A stretch of DNA of 64,000 bases from Camelus dromedarius (Eukaryota). The translations under genes were made by a program, and so were the position numbers. Below are positions 36,801-50,390 of this stretch, in pieces (position 1 is the first letter of the stretch; each line of letters opens with the position of its first letter). Below the pieces are notes generated by a model. It was given only the letters and a program-made list of their open reading frames with translations. It was not told the origin of the DNA and made no database searches. The stretch lies in contig NC_087469.1 of the NCBI RefSeq assembly GCF_036321535.1, forward strand, positions 17,050,001-17,114,000, in the 5' to 3' direction.

Positions 36801-36969
36801 ATAGAAGTGTTTGAACAAATGTAAATGATTGTGTGTGGGATGAAGTGAAATGGTTGCTCCTCTGAGGTCCTGAGGCTTGGAGTTTAGTTCTGGATTTTCA
36901 AGGATTCTTTGGGAAACCTTGTGTGTTAATAATACATTGTGTGTTAATAAAAGCCTACAGCTTTTTAAG

Positions 36970-37175
36970 GCACAGATCTGGTTTGAAGTCCAAGTCCCTC
37001 ACCATGAAGCGTGTCACTTGGGGCAAGTTATTCAGACACACTTGGCATTCGTTTCCTCATTTCTAGAAAAGGCTTAATAATACCCACTATGGCAATTTAA
37101 CCCAGCAATTAAATGAGAAAGTGTGTGTGTAAACTCCTGGGTGTGGTGTCCAAGCAGACGTGATACAACAGCTGT
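36970..37175 (+). mobile_element. MIR
   Basis: cagatctggtttgaagtcc...cttggggcaagtta...gtttcctcatttctagaaaagg...attaaatgagaaagtgtgtg. Confidence 0.8.
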
Positions 37176-37449
37176 TTGAAGGAATGAGGGAGTCGGTGTA
37201 AAAATCAGCCCGGGCTCGGCAGGCTGTTTGATACTGGAATGCTGCCGTCTGTAGTGCCCTGTCATTTCTAGGATTTTATAAAGAGAAAAACAAGCTATTT
37301 ATGAAACGCTTTTATGAAGTTTAACGTTTCAGACGTTACCGGAAACATGTCACAATGTTTGTAAATACTGAGAGTTCAGTGGTCAGAGGATTAACCGGTT
37401 GATTACCTCCTTTTGTGACAATTTTCCAGTAGATCCTCTAAAGGAGAAA

Positions 37450-37625
37450 TCAATCAATCAGTCAACAATTGCTAATTGAATGTCAAACTATGTGAGAGAA
37501 CATTCTCGATGCTGAGGGAGACCCAAAACAAACAAGCAAACAACCACAAAAATCCATGAAGAGCTTCATGTTGGACAGAGACAAGACAGTCCAGGGAGAA
37601 GGTGATTCTGGCCAAGTCAGGAGCT
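37450..37625 (-). mobile_element. L2 3' fragment
   Basis: atcaatcaatcagtcaacaattgctaattgaatgtcaaactatgtgagagaacatt. Confidence 0.55.
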
Positions 37626-40454
37626 CAAACCGTTCAGGGTAAAAAAGTTGTTCAGAGCAGGCGGAGAGCATTTGCAAATCACTTCTTCGTGTAGGGGCAC
37701 CATATTTGGAGAAATTGGCATCAGCAAGGACCAGCGGGGTCCGTGGAGTGGCCACATCCTTGAGCTGCCACGGCTTCCCTGGCAGCTCCGGGCGTCACCA
37801 AGCTCTGAGCCCCGGGGCTTCCTCAGCCTCCTTACGGTTCTTGTCAGGAGTGAGTGGGTTTGGGGTGGTCATCACCATTGGTCGCTTACCTCGAAATCTC
37901 CCTTTCCACTACTTCTTGCCTACAGGGTAGATGGTGGGAGAGACAGAAGTGGATGTAACAGGGCAGTGTTGCAAACTTAATTTGTATCACGGCAGCTGGG
38001 GGCTTTCTGCATCAATTCTTGGATGTACTTAAAGGTGGCGTGACGTTTGCATCTGCCTCTGGATGTGAGGCCCAGTTCACCTGTGAGGCGGCTGCTAGTG
38101 TCTCAGCCTTCATCCTTCCAGCGGCAGCCTCCACCCTGGACCACGTTTCCTGACATGCTGTCCACCTTTAGCCACCGTGCTCACGGGCACAAGACTGTCC
38201 CTAGCCGGTGGTGACGTGGGAGGCCTGTCTCTGCTGCCACGTCTGGTTCTTGTGTTTCCCATACAACCGACTGGCATTTTCTGCTGGGGATCTGGTGTCG
38301 GACCGTGGGGGCCTGAACGTGAGAGCAGTAGCTTAGCCTCCTCGCCTGTTTCTTGCTCGATCGCTCTTGATTGCTTCCCCTGCAAAGTGGGTTTAGGAAT
38401 CACATGGCAACTTGAGCTTTTCTGAAGGCACAGGAAGCTCAGGAGGGGTAAGGCCAGCGCCAGAGCGAGGGCTGGGCTGCTGGACCAGATGCCCGTTCTC
38501 AGTAACGACTTGATCAAAGCTTCCGTGAGAGATCACCTAGTATCCATTCACCCTGAAGTCTTTGAGAAGGAGAACCCTGGAGACCCACAGCCACGCATGC
38601 TGACAGCGCCGTGCTTGTCACAGTTCTGAGAGCTGTTGCCACATCCTGAAGTGAGCGCAGGCAGCTGGGAGAGGTCATCGCGGGAGGCCGCAGGCCGTCT
38701 CGGGAACAATGCCCCACTCACGGGCTGCAAGGGCAGGCCTGTCTCGTGTGCCAGCCAAGATGGTGCCAGGAATAGATGTCACTCCTCTTGCCTTGCTCCA
38801 GGCGATTAGAACCAGTTGAGAGGGTGACGCACAGCAGAGACCAGGAAGGACGACACAGAGGGCGCCCATTTCCCCCCCTTGGCCCAAGAGAGAAAGCAAG
38901 GGTTTGCCATTTGCCGGCCTCCCGAGTCCCCTTGCACACCGCTAGACACCTTTAGCTTGTCAGCTTGACCTGTTGGGGCCCTTCTCCCGCTGGGCTCAGA
39001 AACAGCAGAGAGGCTACCTGCTCAGCGAGAGTGATGTTGTCTTAATGAAGCTGGTGGGAAATGCCCTTCTCTTTGGAGAACCTCGCTGGTATTTCGCGTC
39101 TCCTCCCCAGGAACACAGAAGGCCTGTCCATTTGGTGTGAGCAGTGAGAGGAGGCTTCCGACAGGTGCCGTTGGGAGCCTTCTGGTGGAGGAGGCATTCG
39201 GAGGGCACCAGGCTTGTTTTGATCTCTGCTCAGATGGAAGGCTTTAGCGGGCTCCCCTCTCAGGCTGGGGAGGGGACTCTTTGATCTCCCTTGCCTAATA
39301 GGCAGAACCCTCTTCTCTGTTTCCTCTAAGGACAAAAATAAACAGAGAAGCCGAGTTTGTGAACAGCTGCATAAACAATGCAATTGGGAAGTAGGCAAAA
39401 AAAAAAAAAATCCGTGGGTTATATATACATTCGTACGTATATCCTCTTGATCTGCATTTTGCATCCCTGTGACCATCGCTTGATCTGAGAGAGATTTCCA
39501 TCGGATGCAGTAAAAGCCAGTCCCTTAATGCTTCGAGGGGTTTAAGGCCTCAGAGCATTTGGGCAGAAGCATTTCTCTCCCCTGGACACACAGCAGTTCT
39601 GAGACATTCCAACTCTAATAATTCCGAGTGTAATAAAACAGCCCTCTTTCGTGTGCTTGCGGTAGGCTCCTCACCCTCTGGCGGGTAGGAGACGGATGAT
39701 TGTCTAGTAGAGGTGATGACTTTACGCTTAAGTCCTGTGCCCCTCCCTCCCAAACAGGTCTTTCTTTTGATAGCTGTCATTTATTTAATGGTGCACCATT
39801 TGCCAGCTCACAGGCACGAAGCTCTGGAGGGTCCTGAATTTTGTCTCCTGACCTCTGACCAGTCTCCATCAGCTTTCTCTTTTGTCTGTCTCTTCATGGA
39901 CACTCTTAGTTCAGGCCGCTGACCAGGACTAAGGAAACTGTTTCCTAACTGCAACTATAACTTCATGTTTAAAGACGATAAAATTGTTTGGATGACAATA
40001 CGAAATACGACAGGGTGGAAAGCACACACGTTACCCTGTGGACTCTTGGGAGAACAGAGGAGAAACAGTGACTTTCCCGAGACAGCAGAGGTTCAACTCT
40101 TGGAAACCGTGTCACAGTCTAAGGCTAGTGTCTGGGTACCTTCCATGGCCCTTCCTCCCTGACCTGTCCTGTAGGCTTTTGCCTTTGTGTCTCTGTCACA
40201 CAGCTCCCTCTGCCTGGATGCCTGCGTTCCTTCCTCCTGCCCATCAGAATCCTCTCTTAATCAGAGCAGCTCATGGCGTCTCCTTCCCCGAACGTTCCAG
40301 GCAGAAGTGTACACTCCCCTTTCTGAATTTCCAGCATCCTTAGAATCCTTAGTCCACGTTTCATTGCGTGCCTGGCTTAACAGCTACCTTTGTATATTTC
40401 TTCCCTGTCTCCCTACTAGACTATGACTTCCAGGACAAAGGGTTTTAATTTCAT

Positions 40455-40855
40455 TTATTCTATTTTTTGTTGACTTATAAGTTGATTTACAATACTGTGT
40501 TTGTATCATTTAGGGTGGACAGCAAAGTGATTTGGTTATGTTTATATTCAGATTCTTTTCCATTATAGGTTATTACAATATATTGAGTATAGTTTCCTAC
40601 ACAGTGAATCCTTGTCGTTTATCTGTCTTACGTTTAGTAGTTTGCGTCTGTTAATCCCAAACTCCTGGTTTGTCCTTCCTCCCCCTCCCTCCCCCTTTGG
40701 GGACCGTAAGTTTGTTTTGTTTCTGAGTCTATCTCTGTTTTGTATATAGATTCATTTCTGTTGGTTTTCAGGTCCCACCCGTAAGTGGTATTGTTTGTTT
40801 GTCTTTCTCTGCCTGCCTGACTTCACTTAGTATGATCATCTCTAGGTCCGTCTGT
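40455..40855 (-). mobile_element. L1 3' end running into an assembly gap
   Basis: ataagttgatttacaatactgtg...cagattcttttccattataggttattac...gacttcacttagtatgatcatctctaggtcc. Confidence 0.9.
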
Positions 40856-40999
40856 NNNNNNNNNNNNNNNNNNNNNNNNNNNNNNNNNNNNNNNNNNNNN
40901 NNNNNNNNNNNNNNNNNNNNNNNNNNNNNNNNNNNNNNNNNNNNNNNNNNNNNNNNNNNNNNNNNNNNNNNNNNNNNNNNNNNNNNNNNNNNNNNNNNN
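40856..40999. other. Assembly gap (144 N)
   Basis: Run of N. Confidence 1.
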
Positions 41000-41167
41000 T
41001 CTGTTGATGAGTCTTTTTTTTCCTTCAAAGTATTTGTTACCTACAGAGCATGGCATAGTGCCCAGCATAAGGTAACTTCTACATAAATACTTTAAAAAGC
41101 AAATGGCTGGTACCAACCATGGTGGCCACACATTCACCTAGTATCTGTCCCTTGTGCCCACTCTTTC

Positions 41168-41772
41168 TTTTTCCAACGTACCGGTATTGTTGACAAATAA
41201 AACCATAAGAGATTTAAAGCGTACAGCGTGATGAGTTGATACATGTATATGTTGTGAAAGGATTCCGCCCATCCAGTTAGTGAACACATCCATCACCTCA
41301 TATATTTACCTTTTTTTTTTTCCAGTAGGAACATTTACGTTCTACTTTCTCAGCAAGTTTCAGTTACACGATACGACGTCGGCAGTTGTACCCGCCGTGT
41401 TATGTGTCACAGCCTCGGACCTTATTCATCTGATAACTGAAAGTCTGTGCCCTTTGGCCAACGTCTCCGCATTTTCCCCACCTCCCAGCCCCTGGCAACC
41501 ACCAGTCTACTTTCTGTTTCTATGAACCTGACTTTTTTTTTTTTTAGATTCCACCTATAAGTGACACCACACAGTATTTGTCTTTCTCTCTCTTTGTGCC
41601 CATTATTTTTTTCATTGGAGTAGAATTGATTTATAGTTTTATATTAGTTGTAGGTGTACAGCCTAGTGATTCAGTATTTTTATAGATGATCCTCCATTTA
41701 AAGTTATTATCTAACAATGCCTGTGTTTTCCTGTGCTGCGCAATAATATCCTTGCAGCTTATTTATTTTATG
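41168..41772 (-). mobile_element. Two adjacent L1 3' ends (L1MA/MB-like 41168-41592; artiodactyl-type 41603-41772)
   Basis: catccatcacctcata...tctactttctcagcaagtttcagttacac...cccagcccctggcaaccacc, then a second tail gtgtacagcctagtgattcagtattt. Confidence 0.85.
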
Positions 41773-41789
41773 TTTTAGGAGCGCCTCAT

Positions 41790-41950
41790 TAATAAAAATC
41801 ACAAAAGTGTCACTTACTTCTCACAATCATCCTATGGCGGTGGCATTACTTTTGTCCTCATTTCACAGTTTAGGGAGACGGGGCCCAGGGAGATTAAGGA
41901 ATTCGTCCAGGACCATGCAACTGGTTAGTGGTGGAGCCTGACTCCAAAGC
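41790..41950 (-). mobile_element. MIR
   Basis: cttctcacaatcatcctatgg...ctcatttcacagtttagggagacggggcccagggagattaaggaatt...ggagcctgactccaaagccc. Confidence 0.8.
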
Positions 41951-43225
41951 CCCTCATTCGTATTTCTGGCTGTGCTGTCCCTCGAGACAAGGGGAGTGAA
42001 GACCTGTTTCTGCTTCTCAGGAGCTTGCTGGCCACAGGAGAGACAGTATGTAGGTGCAGCTGCCCTGCGGTGAGATGGGCTCGGTGGGGGGGGGGAGTGC
42101 CCGCCAGGCTGGGGAGCAGGGGGCTGGCGGGGCCGGTGTCCAAGGGGGGCTGCGAGCCGGGCGGACGCGGGGTTCTCAGCCATGACTGAATCTATGCCTC
42201 TCCCTTCTGAAGGTCTTAGTTCGCCTTCGTCTGCGTTTCATGGTAAACAGTGGCATTTCCCCTACGTGTTGGGATTCTTGTGTTTCTCAGGTGATATAGG
42301 TAGTCTGTAAAATGCATAAAATAGATGATGAGAGGGAGATGGAGAGACAGGGAGACCATGGGAGAGACTAAAGAAGTAGCGTCTGCAAGAATTTGTTAAA
42401 GTCAGGTAAAAAAATGTGACTGTGAGTTTCTGTTGTTTCCAAGTATCCAAGAAACACGAAGGAAGCACTGGGTGGGCCTCTAATGAGAAAAATTGACAGT
42501 GGTTCGTCAAAAGGATGTTCTAGGATTTTCTGGGCACAGCGATCCGTTCTTTCTCACGTTTGAGGGTGGACTCTCTGAGTCCGGGAGCTTGAGGGATGGG
42601 ACCTGAGAGCCACGTGGTTCAGCCTCGCACACGCTGTAGGGCCTTCCTTCCTCCGCAGAGTCCCCACGGGGGTCCAGCTCTGCCTGCGCACGGCCCGGGG
42701 GAGGAGGAACCCGGCAGCCCGTTCCTGGTTCTCATTTCACTCTCTGGGGCCACACGCTGTAAACCTAACTTTCCAGGTGAAGGCCCTTCTTGTACCCCTG
42801 CTGAGTCACATTGGGCCAGCTCTCTGTGTCTTCACTGAGCAAAGCTGTGAATGTAAACGGAGCACCTTTTGTGTAGAATGCTATTTGCTGGGGATACAAA
42901 AGAGAGCAAGACACGGCTTTTTCCCTCTAGGAGTTCATAGTCTAATTCAGTCCACAGTTCTTGATGTCAGGCTGTTTCTGGTTACTCTGTCCCTGTCACT
43001 CTTTCCTGGAGAGTCAAGGCCCACTTAAAGGCTGGTTTCAGCAACAGGTCCCAGCAATCCCTGCACAGTCTGTGCTTTGTGCTTCTGTGAGCCAAGCCTG
43101 CACTTGCGTTGGCTCTTTGAACTGTTATCAACCCACATCCCACCTTTCCCCCATCCCACCTTTCCCCCATCCTCACTCCACAGACAGCGGTTAAACCAGG
43201 TGTTTTCTGTGCTGTGTGTATTGAA

Positions 43226-43575
43226 GTCATTTAGTCACTCAGTCAGTTGTGAGTACCTCCTGAATTTTCAGCAGTCTACTAGGAGTGCTTTCTAACACAT
43301 ACCGTGCTGGACTAAGATGCAGTTTTGAAATTGAGCTCAGTCTAGTAGGAAAGACACATAATTAAACAGAAATTACCAGCAGAGTGTGACCGTGCTGTGA
43401 TGGAAATGCTTGCAGGATGTTACACAGTCACAAAGGAGGAGCATTTAACCAACCATCACGGAATGGGAGAGGGGAGAAAAAGATCGCTGGAGGAGAAACA
43501 GAGAGTGACACACCAGAAACTTCTGTTTCAGGCAGAGGAAAACAAAAAAAACAAGTCTGAAAAAACCAGAGAGCT
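43226..43575 (-). mobile_element. L2 fragment
   Basis: tcatttagtcactcagtcag...gagctcagtctagtaggaaagacac...gtgctgtgatggaa...aaggaggagcatttaacc. Confidence 0.65.
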
Positions 43576-43734
43576 ATTGGCTGCTAAATTATGATTGGGA
43601 ATTTAAGCCCTTCTAAGAGTCTGGAGCTGTATCCTTACATATATTTGGAAACAGTTTCTAGTTGCAGGTGGAATCTGAGTTTTGCCTTAGAGAATTGCAG
43701 AGAATTAATTTCGGTTTTATAATTTAAAAGGCAA

Positions 43735-43935
43735 ACGAGGACATGCTTCTTCCCAGTCCCCATGCTCAGCACTTGACGTGAATTATCTCGTTCGGTCCTC
43801 GCGGTGACTGCTGAGCTACATGCTATTATTCTGTCTTTTGCAGGTGGCAAAACCAAGGCTTATCGAGGTTAAAGTCATTTGTCACAGGTGACACAAGGTA
43901 TGCAGTGGTTGTATGAGTGGTGTGGTTCTCGAGCT
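43735..43935 (-). mobile_element. MIR
   Basis: ctcagcacttgacgtgaattatctcgttcggtcctc...ttgcaggtggcaaaaccaaggcttatcgaggttaaagtcatttgtcacaggtgacac. Confidence 0.75.
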
Positions 43936-46679
43936 GGCCTTACACCCACCATCTTTGGGACCTGCGTGACCAGAGGGAGGCCAGAATGGGCCAAGTGTAT
44001 TTATTTCTAGCACGTTGAGTGAGTAGCAGGTCAGGCCAAGTAGATCTTTGATGGGAACGGTGGGAAAGGGCACCCAGTTCAGTTGATCAGGGGTTTTGAT
44101 GGCCATTACGTGAAATTTAACTTTGTATCTGGACCCAGAGAAGTCCTTGAAGGGTTTGGAGGCAGGGAGTGCAAGGATAAAGAGCATTTTTTAGGAAGAC
44201 CTAAAAGCTGAAGACGTGGATACGGGTTCACAAGGCGTCTCGGTGATGTGAAGGCGGAGGCGCCTGCCCGCACAAGGTCGGTGACGGAGGGGAAGGGTGG
44301 GAGGGTGGAAGGCACTTCGGAGAAGGACTGTGCTTTATGCCCAAGGATGGCAGGGCCTGTAGGACTGGACAATAAATACCTCAGCGGCTATTTTGGTTTG
44401 ATCAGAGTCTGAATTTCCTTACGCTGCACTGAGGTGGGGGGGCTTCGGAGCTGAGAATGTGCTTCCTTCTTTGAAGAAAAAGGCCAATGGCAATTTTTCT
44501 GAAATTGTTTACCTTTTATGTAAACTAGCTCTCAGCCCGTGAAGCTTGTATGACCTTCGATTCATTCAGTTCAGTTCTGGATAGTATTTAATTCAGACCT
44601 GTGACTAAGCTCCTTTGCATGGCTCATCTCAGAGCTTCTGAGATAAAGGAATTATGTAAGTTCAACCTTTCATTCTGAAGCAGGACTCTGGTCATATTTC
44701 TCAGCTGCCAATAAGCCCAAGTTCCCTGTTTTCTTTTCTTTAATATTAATTACAGCTCCTAGCTTGGGTCCAGATCTTTCCTTAAAAACCCAAGACTTTT
44801 CTCTACTGAATGAGACCTTCTCCGAGTCTTGGATAGGAAACTTCTCCTGATCGTTTCTTGGGCTTCCGTGTGCCGTGTCAATACATGTGTCTTCGAGTCC
44901 TGTGTTAGCCTGGGTGGAGTGACCGCAGAGAAAAGCAGGGGACGGGTCGAGGTCTGCTTGGGGCTCTCCTGTGACTGTGTCCGGCACTGGCTTAAGAAAG
45001 ACCCAGCACCTTGATTACGAGTATCCTGGGTGTGTGAAAATGCTACCTGAACGAGGTGTGGGAAATTCAAATGCATATTACTAATGATTTTCATAAGGGC
45101 TAACATGTTTGGGCCAAAAATAATTAGCGTGAACAATAGAGCTGTCAACCAGGCTCTGGAATAACGAGATAGAAACTGATGAACAGACGCATTGCTCCTG
45201 TGGGCGCCGGCGTTTCATGATGACTAGTGCAGCATTGCTCATGTGTACCTGTGTTTACTAGTTACTTTATACCTATATTTGCTAGTGATTTTACTTTTGA
45301 TTTACTTCTAATTTTAATTTAATATCAAGCCTTTTATTTTAATTACAAAGTTAGATGATTCTGCCCCCGCCGCCCGCCCCACGATGAACCTTAGGAGAAG
45401 GAGGGGTTTTGGTGCTTTGTGACTTTCTCCTTTCCTTCCCCGGGACAGGCCTCGTAACTGGGCTCCTGATACGTGTTTTGATGGTGGCAATGAGAACGAT
45501 GTTTTAAGTGCTAGCATCGCCTCGTCAGACAGACCCTTTGATGCTTCCGTGACTTCATGGTGTGTGGCCGGCCGGCCAGTTGTTCCCCCTTGTGGCCCTT
45601 TTCCCCTTTTAGATCCAAAAGCATCAGGAAAAGCCTTGCACCTTATTTTTGTAGCTGAGCCTCCAAGATGTCCTAGGAAATGCCCTCCCAGAACTATTCC
45701 AGGCAGCAAGCCTGCCTTCCTCCAGCTGCCCCGAGATTTCAGACAAGCGATGCTGGTTGCTCTGTGGAGCCCATTTGTTACAACTTGTATATTATATGCC
45801 TCTCCCATCACCTTCAGCATCTCTCCTCTCTCATCAGGAAAGACCAGATGCTGCCAGACCATGTCCCAGATCATAGGGCATCAGGTTCTGGACCCTTCTG
45901 GCTCCTTATTACAATGAAACTGTTCAGAGTCGTAAACTGAGGAGCAAACTCGTCCTTCATTGTGCAAGATATGTTTAGATGAGACATTTATCAAGACTTG
46001 GCTTAATAAACTCCTCTTCCTTCACCCCAACTCTCCTTTGTTCTCCTCCTCCTGCAGAAAAGAGACCAACATGCCATTTTAGGTCTTCTCTGAAGCGGTA
46101 GCTGACCCTAGATGTTTCTAAATTCAAAGTGTGGCTGAAGTCCCACCGCTTTCCCTGAAACTTCAGCGATACTGTTTCTTGAGACCGCTTCCTCTGAGCT
46201 CCAGCATCCCCTGGGCTCCCTTCTTAGGCTTCTGAGAGTCCACACTCAGAGAGACCTGTCCGGGGTCGGGGGTGTGGGACTTTTAGAAAGCTCCCTTGTT
46301 TCACCTTCTGTGGGAAGGATCGGATGAGACGAGGTGGCTGACCTCTGTGTGGACACCCCAGTGTAAGGCCTTCCCATCTGGTCTGCAGGCGGGTTCCGGG
46401 CCGGGGCTGGCACAGAGGAAGGATAAGGCTGCAGGTGCTTCTTAAATCCTTACCTGTGACTCTGAGTTGTGTCAGCGCTTGGGTGTCATGCCGTGTCTGT
46501 GTCCTTGACTGATGGTGACGCTGGTGGTGGTTGTGGAGAGAGGAGGGTGAGGTTGGGGTGGAGGTGGGAACATTGGTTAAGAAAGAGCAGCAAATGTGAG
46601 TGTGCAGAGCAGGAGGAACAGTGCTGGGGGACGGAGAAGTTTGGCAGGACAGGCTTTTCCTACACAAAATTCCTTAGGA

Positions 46680-46796
46680 TGGGGGGGTGGGTGTAGCTCA
46701 GTGGTAGAGCGCAACGTTAGCATGCACGAGGTCCTGGGTTCAATCCCCAGTACCTCCATAAAAAAGTAATAATAAAAATTTTTTAAAAAGAAAGAG
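46680..46796 (+). mobile_element. Vic-1-type SINE with intact A and B boxes
   Basis: gggtgtagctcagtggtagagcgc...ttagcatgcacgaggtcctgggttcaatccccagtacctcca plus A tail; TSD attccttagga at 46669-46679 and 46797-46807. Confidence 0.95.
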
Positions 46797-47875
46797 ATTC
46801 CTTAGGAGAAGTGAGCTGGCTCAGTGTTTCTGAACAATTTCTTTGACTGTGACACCCACAGAGTTTGAAACCGAGGATGGTCTAGGTCCTTGCTGGTAAA
46901 GGAGAACTTGAGGGGTCTGTCAGCTCCTGGCGCTGGTGTCTTGGGGCTGATTATCCCCCCTTTGAGCTCTGACCAGCCAGAAGCCCTGAGCAGCAAGTGA
47001 GCGGGTTAACCAGTGGTCACCACTAGTTTGTATTTAGTGAATTCCTTAGAAAGGTGACGCTTGACCCTGAGTCCAGTAAACGTCACCATGGGCCTGAAAA
47101 CGGAAAAGCCTGACTGTGCCCTCCCGCTCCTTCGTGAACGGACGCTCGCTGCTGGGGTGCCGCCTGGCTGCTGCTGGGGGCTATTTTTGGAGGCTTTTGC
47201 AGTGTCCGAGGAGTATATCTGTCCAAGGTCTTTGTACTTGAAACGACATTAAACACTCCTGCCATCCGCCAGTCCTCTGCTGAGTCGTGGGACCATAATG
47301 AGGACACAGCAGATGTGAGAGGGACCCCGCTGGGCCCGGACTCCCTCTCGGCCTCGCTCCCGTGATGGGGAGACAGACACTCCCACTGGGGCAGCTCTCA
47401 TCGCGGGCTCTCAGATGTGTGACGAGAGGGGAGGGCCGGGTCTGGCCTGAAAGGCCCTGGGCGGGCAGCGGGCGCTGAGGCCGGTGAGCGGAGCTCCTGC
47501 CTGCAGGGCCAGCTGTGTGTGTGCTCTACTCACTGAGGCCGGAACGTTGCTTTTATCAGAAATCCTCTTTTTTGTGCCAAATCTAAAGAGCAGAGATAAA
47601 TACCTTGCAGTTGTTGGAGGGAGGTGGGCCTGGTACAGGATTACAGGTGCTGGTGGTTAGCTGTGCCCGGGGAAACCGGGCTCTGTGACATTGACAGCAA
47701 GAGGGGAGATGCTCCGGACGGTGGACTGTGCTTGGCCGGGGCCCCCGTCGGATAAGACCCGCAGCCACACTGGTACCGCCCTTTCCAGTTTCTAACACTT
47801 TACATAAAGTGAAATGTATCAGTTATTACACTGACACTTGTCTGATTTTCCATTTTCTGATTAAATTTCTAAACC

Positions 47876-47985
47876 TTTTTTTTTTTCTTAAATTGAGGTA
47901 TATATAGTCAGTTACCATATGTCAGTCATCTCTGGTGCACAGCGCAACGTCCCCGTCATGCATATACATACATATATTTGTCAAA
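47876..47985 (-). mobile_element. Short L1 3' tail
   Basis: Poly-T then aattgaggtatatatagtcagttacc...ctctggtgcacagcgcaacgtccccgtcatgcatatacatac. Confidence 0.8.
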
Positions 47986-49626
47986 GCCTTATTCTGATAT
48001 TCATCTTATTAAATAGGCAAAAGAAATCCTAAATTTTAAAAATATGTACTTACTTTAAAAACCTGTTTTTATAAATTGATATACTTCAGTTAAAAAATAA
48101 AGAATCTGTGCTTTTAAATAATCTTGGTCAAATTCTACCCTGCGTTGTATTGACCTTACTTTTTTTTCTGTCAATAGAATGACAACTTTTGAACCAACAG
48201 TCCTGAACTCAGAATCTAGCAATGAGAGAGAGAGAATTTATTTGTGTCCTCACAACTTCTCTGCAGCGTTTGTTAACTTGTTACCAGCTGGGGAAATAAA
48301 TTTGACTAATTAGGGGAAACCAAAAGCAGGGTGGATATTGATCTCTAGGAATAATGGTTGCAGGTTCCATAAAAATGTGTCTCTACTTTTCACATGGTCA
48401 GTGGGGACATGGCTCATGGAAAATGAGAAAATTCCTGGGCATCTGGCTACAGATCCAAGTGCTCTGCCCGTGTGTACGGCGTGGCGCAGTTCTTTGGTCT
48501 CGGTAATCGGCTCGTTATTTCTGTGTTAGATGGGTTTCAGAAGGTCCTGTGTTGTTTCAACCCAAGCTATTGCCCAGGAAACACAACTGTTTATGCTCTG
48601 TTCTTGGCTGGACTGAAACCATGGCGCCATCTTTCTTCCAGGCAGAGCAGAGCCTCTCCAGTTAGGACCACCTAGACCTTTCAGAAATCTGTGAGCCACG
48701 CTTTCTCTGTGTGAGGGAGTAGACGTAACTTTTTTTTGGTGTCTTTATCTCTGTAGATTTAAATTTTCTACACTGAAGCATGTTGCTTCCTATTGGGAAA
48801 AAATTAATGTGATTTAAGAAGAAACAAAAATGCTGTATCCTCTGCCTGTCTTTTTTGGGAGGAGGAGGCCCCGTGTCATGAAAATTCCGGGGCCTTGAGA
48901 TAAGTATTAACTGTTCTTACGCAGCGTGAACCAATGCCTGCGCCTAACTCAAGAGTACACCCTGGAAGAGGCAGAGGGTGTTCAGGGGGCACGAACGGAC
49001 CTCCACTGTCTGCAACACCAGACGGTCAGAAAGGCAAGTCCCTGGGAACTTGTAGTTTCGAATTTTGGAAGGTAGCATATGACTGTGCGCATGGCCATGA
49101 GCGAAACAGGTTTCTGGTCAGGTTCCAGATACTTGCCCTCGTTATCAGATAATCTTTGTGAGCAGTAGGAGAGAGGTGTGTGTGCAGGGTCTGGCCCACG
49201 GTGATGCTCAGTACACTGTCCTTCCTTTGTGCCCGTCCATCCCTTGCCTTGACATTGTGGGTGGAACTGAAGGGACGTGAGATTGATTTAGCAGCTTGTT
49301 GAGTCTCTTTTCTTTTGAAGAGATTGACCCTTTCTAAGAGCCTTACCATAAGGGGAGGTGTTTTTTTGTTTTTGTTTTTTTTTAATGAACAAAATGTTTG
49401 TTGCAAGACATCGAGTTGTATAGTATAATCATATATAATACAGTCAAAGTTGTAACATAATCAAAGGTCTACCCTTACTTCCTCCTTTCTCCCTAAACTT
49501 GTACTAGCCCCATTTAGGAGAAAATTTTCAAGCAGAAGTCTTTCAGATTGGCTGGCAGAAGTATCATATAACTAGCTGTTCACCTCTGATACACACAAGC
49601 TTCCTTAAAAAATGGATCACATGATT

Positions 49627-50390
49627 ACAGCCATTATAGAAAACAGTATGGAAGTTCCTAAAAAAGTTAAAAATAGGACTACCCTATGATCCAAGAGTCC
49701 CACTTCTGGGTATGTATCCAATGGAAATAAAATCACTCTCTTGAAGAGACAGCTGCACACTCATGTTCAATGCAACATTATTCACAACAGCCAAGACATG
49801 GAAGCAACCCAAGTGTTCACCGACAGATAAATGGATGAAGAAAATGTGAGATAAATATCTACATATACATTCCATATATAATGGAATATTATTCAGCCTT
49901 GAAAAAGATGAACTTTTTCTGTGACAACATGGACGAACCTGGAGGACACTGTGCTGAGTCAGACAGAGAAAGGCAAATGCTACATGATCTCCCGTAAGGG
50001 TGCAGTCTAAAATAGTACAAGTCATAGAAGAGTAGTCATGGGGAGCTGATGGCTGGGGAAAACAGGGAGATGCTGGTCAAAGGGTACAAACGTTCACTTA
50101 CAAGATGAGTATTTTCTGGAGACCTAATGCACAGCATGGGAGCTCTAGGTAACAATAATGTATTGTATACTTGAAATTTGTGAAGAGAGTAGCTCTTAAG
50201 AGTTCGTACCAGGCACCGAGAAGGTAACCATGTGAGGTGATGGGTGTGCTAATTGGCTGGATTGTGGTAATCATTTCCCAGTGTATACATAGGTCACATC
50301 ATCAGGTTGTACACCTGTTAATATATACAGTTTTTATTCACCAGTCATACTTTAGTAAAGCTGGAAAGAAAAGAAAAGAAAAGAAGAAAT
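49627..50390 (+). mobile_element. L1MA/MB-like ORF2 end plus 3' UTR
   Basis: gccattatagaaaacagtatggaagttcct...tatgatccaagagtcccacttctgggtat...ggaagcaacccaagtgttc...ggtaaccatgtgaggtgatgg plus (AAAAG) tail. Confidence 0.9.

Larger units (their letters stand above)
40140..41105 (+). mobile_element. L2 3' region interrupted by an L1 and a gap
   Basis: ccctctgcctggatgcc...ctagactatgacttccaggacaaagg, resuming after the gap as catagtgcccagcataagg...cataaatacttt. Confidence 0.6.

Noticed and set aside
45314-45874. 186 aa - strand ORF
   Set aside because: No recognisable family, no splice or promoter context, and a similarly long ORF overlaps it on the opposite strand. BLASTP or PhyloCSF would be needed to revive it.
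46681-46760. Apparent tRNA-Ala(AGC) gene
   Set aside because: The anticodon stem is broken (caacg opposite gcacg); it has an A-rich tail, an 11 bp TSD and six diverged siblings in the window, so it is a SINE.
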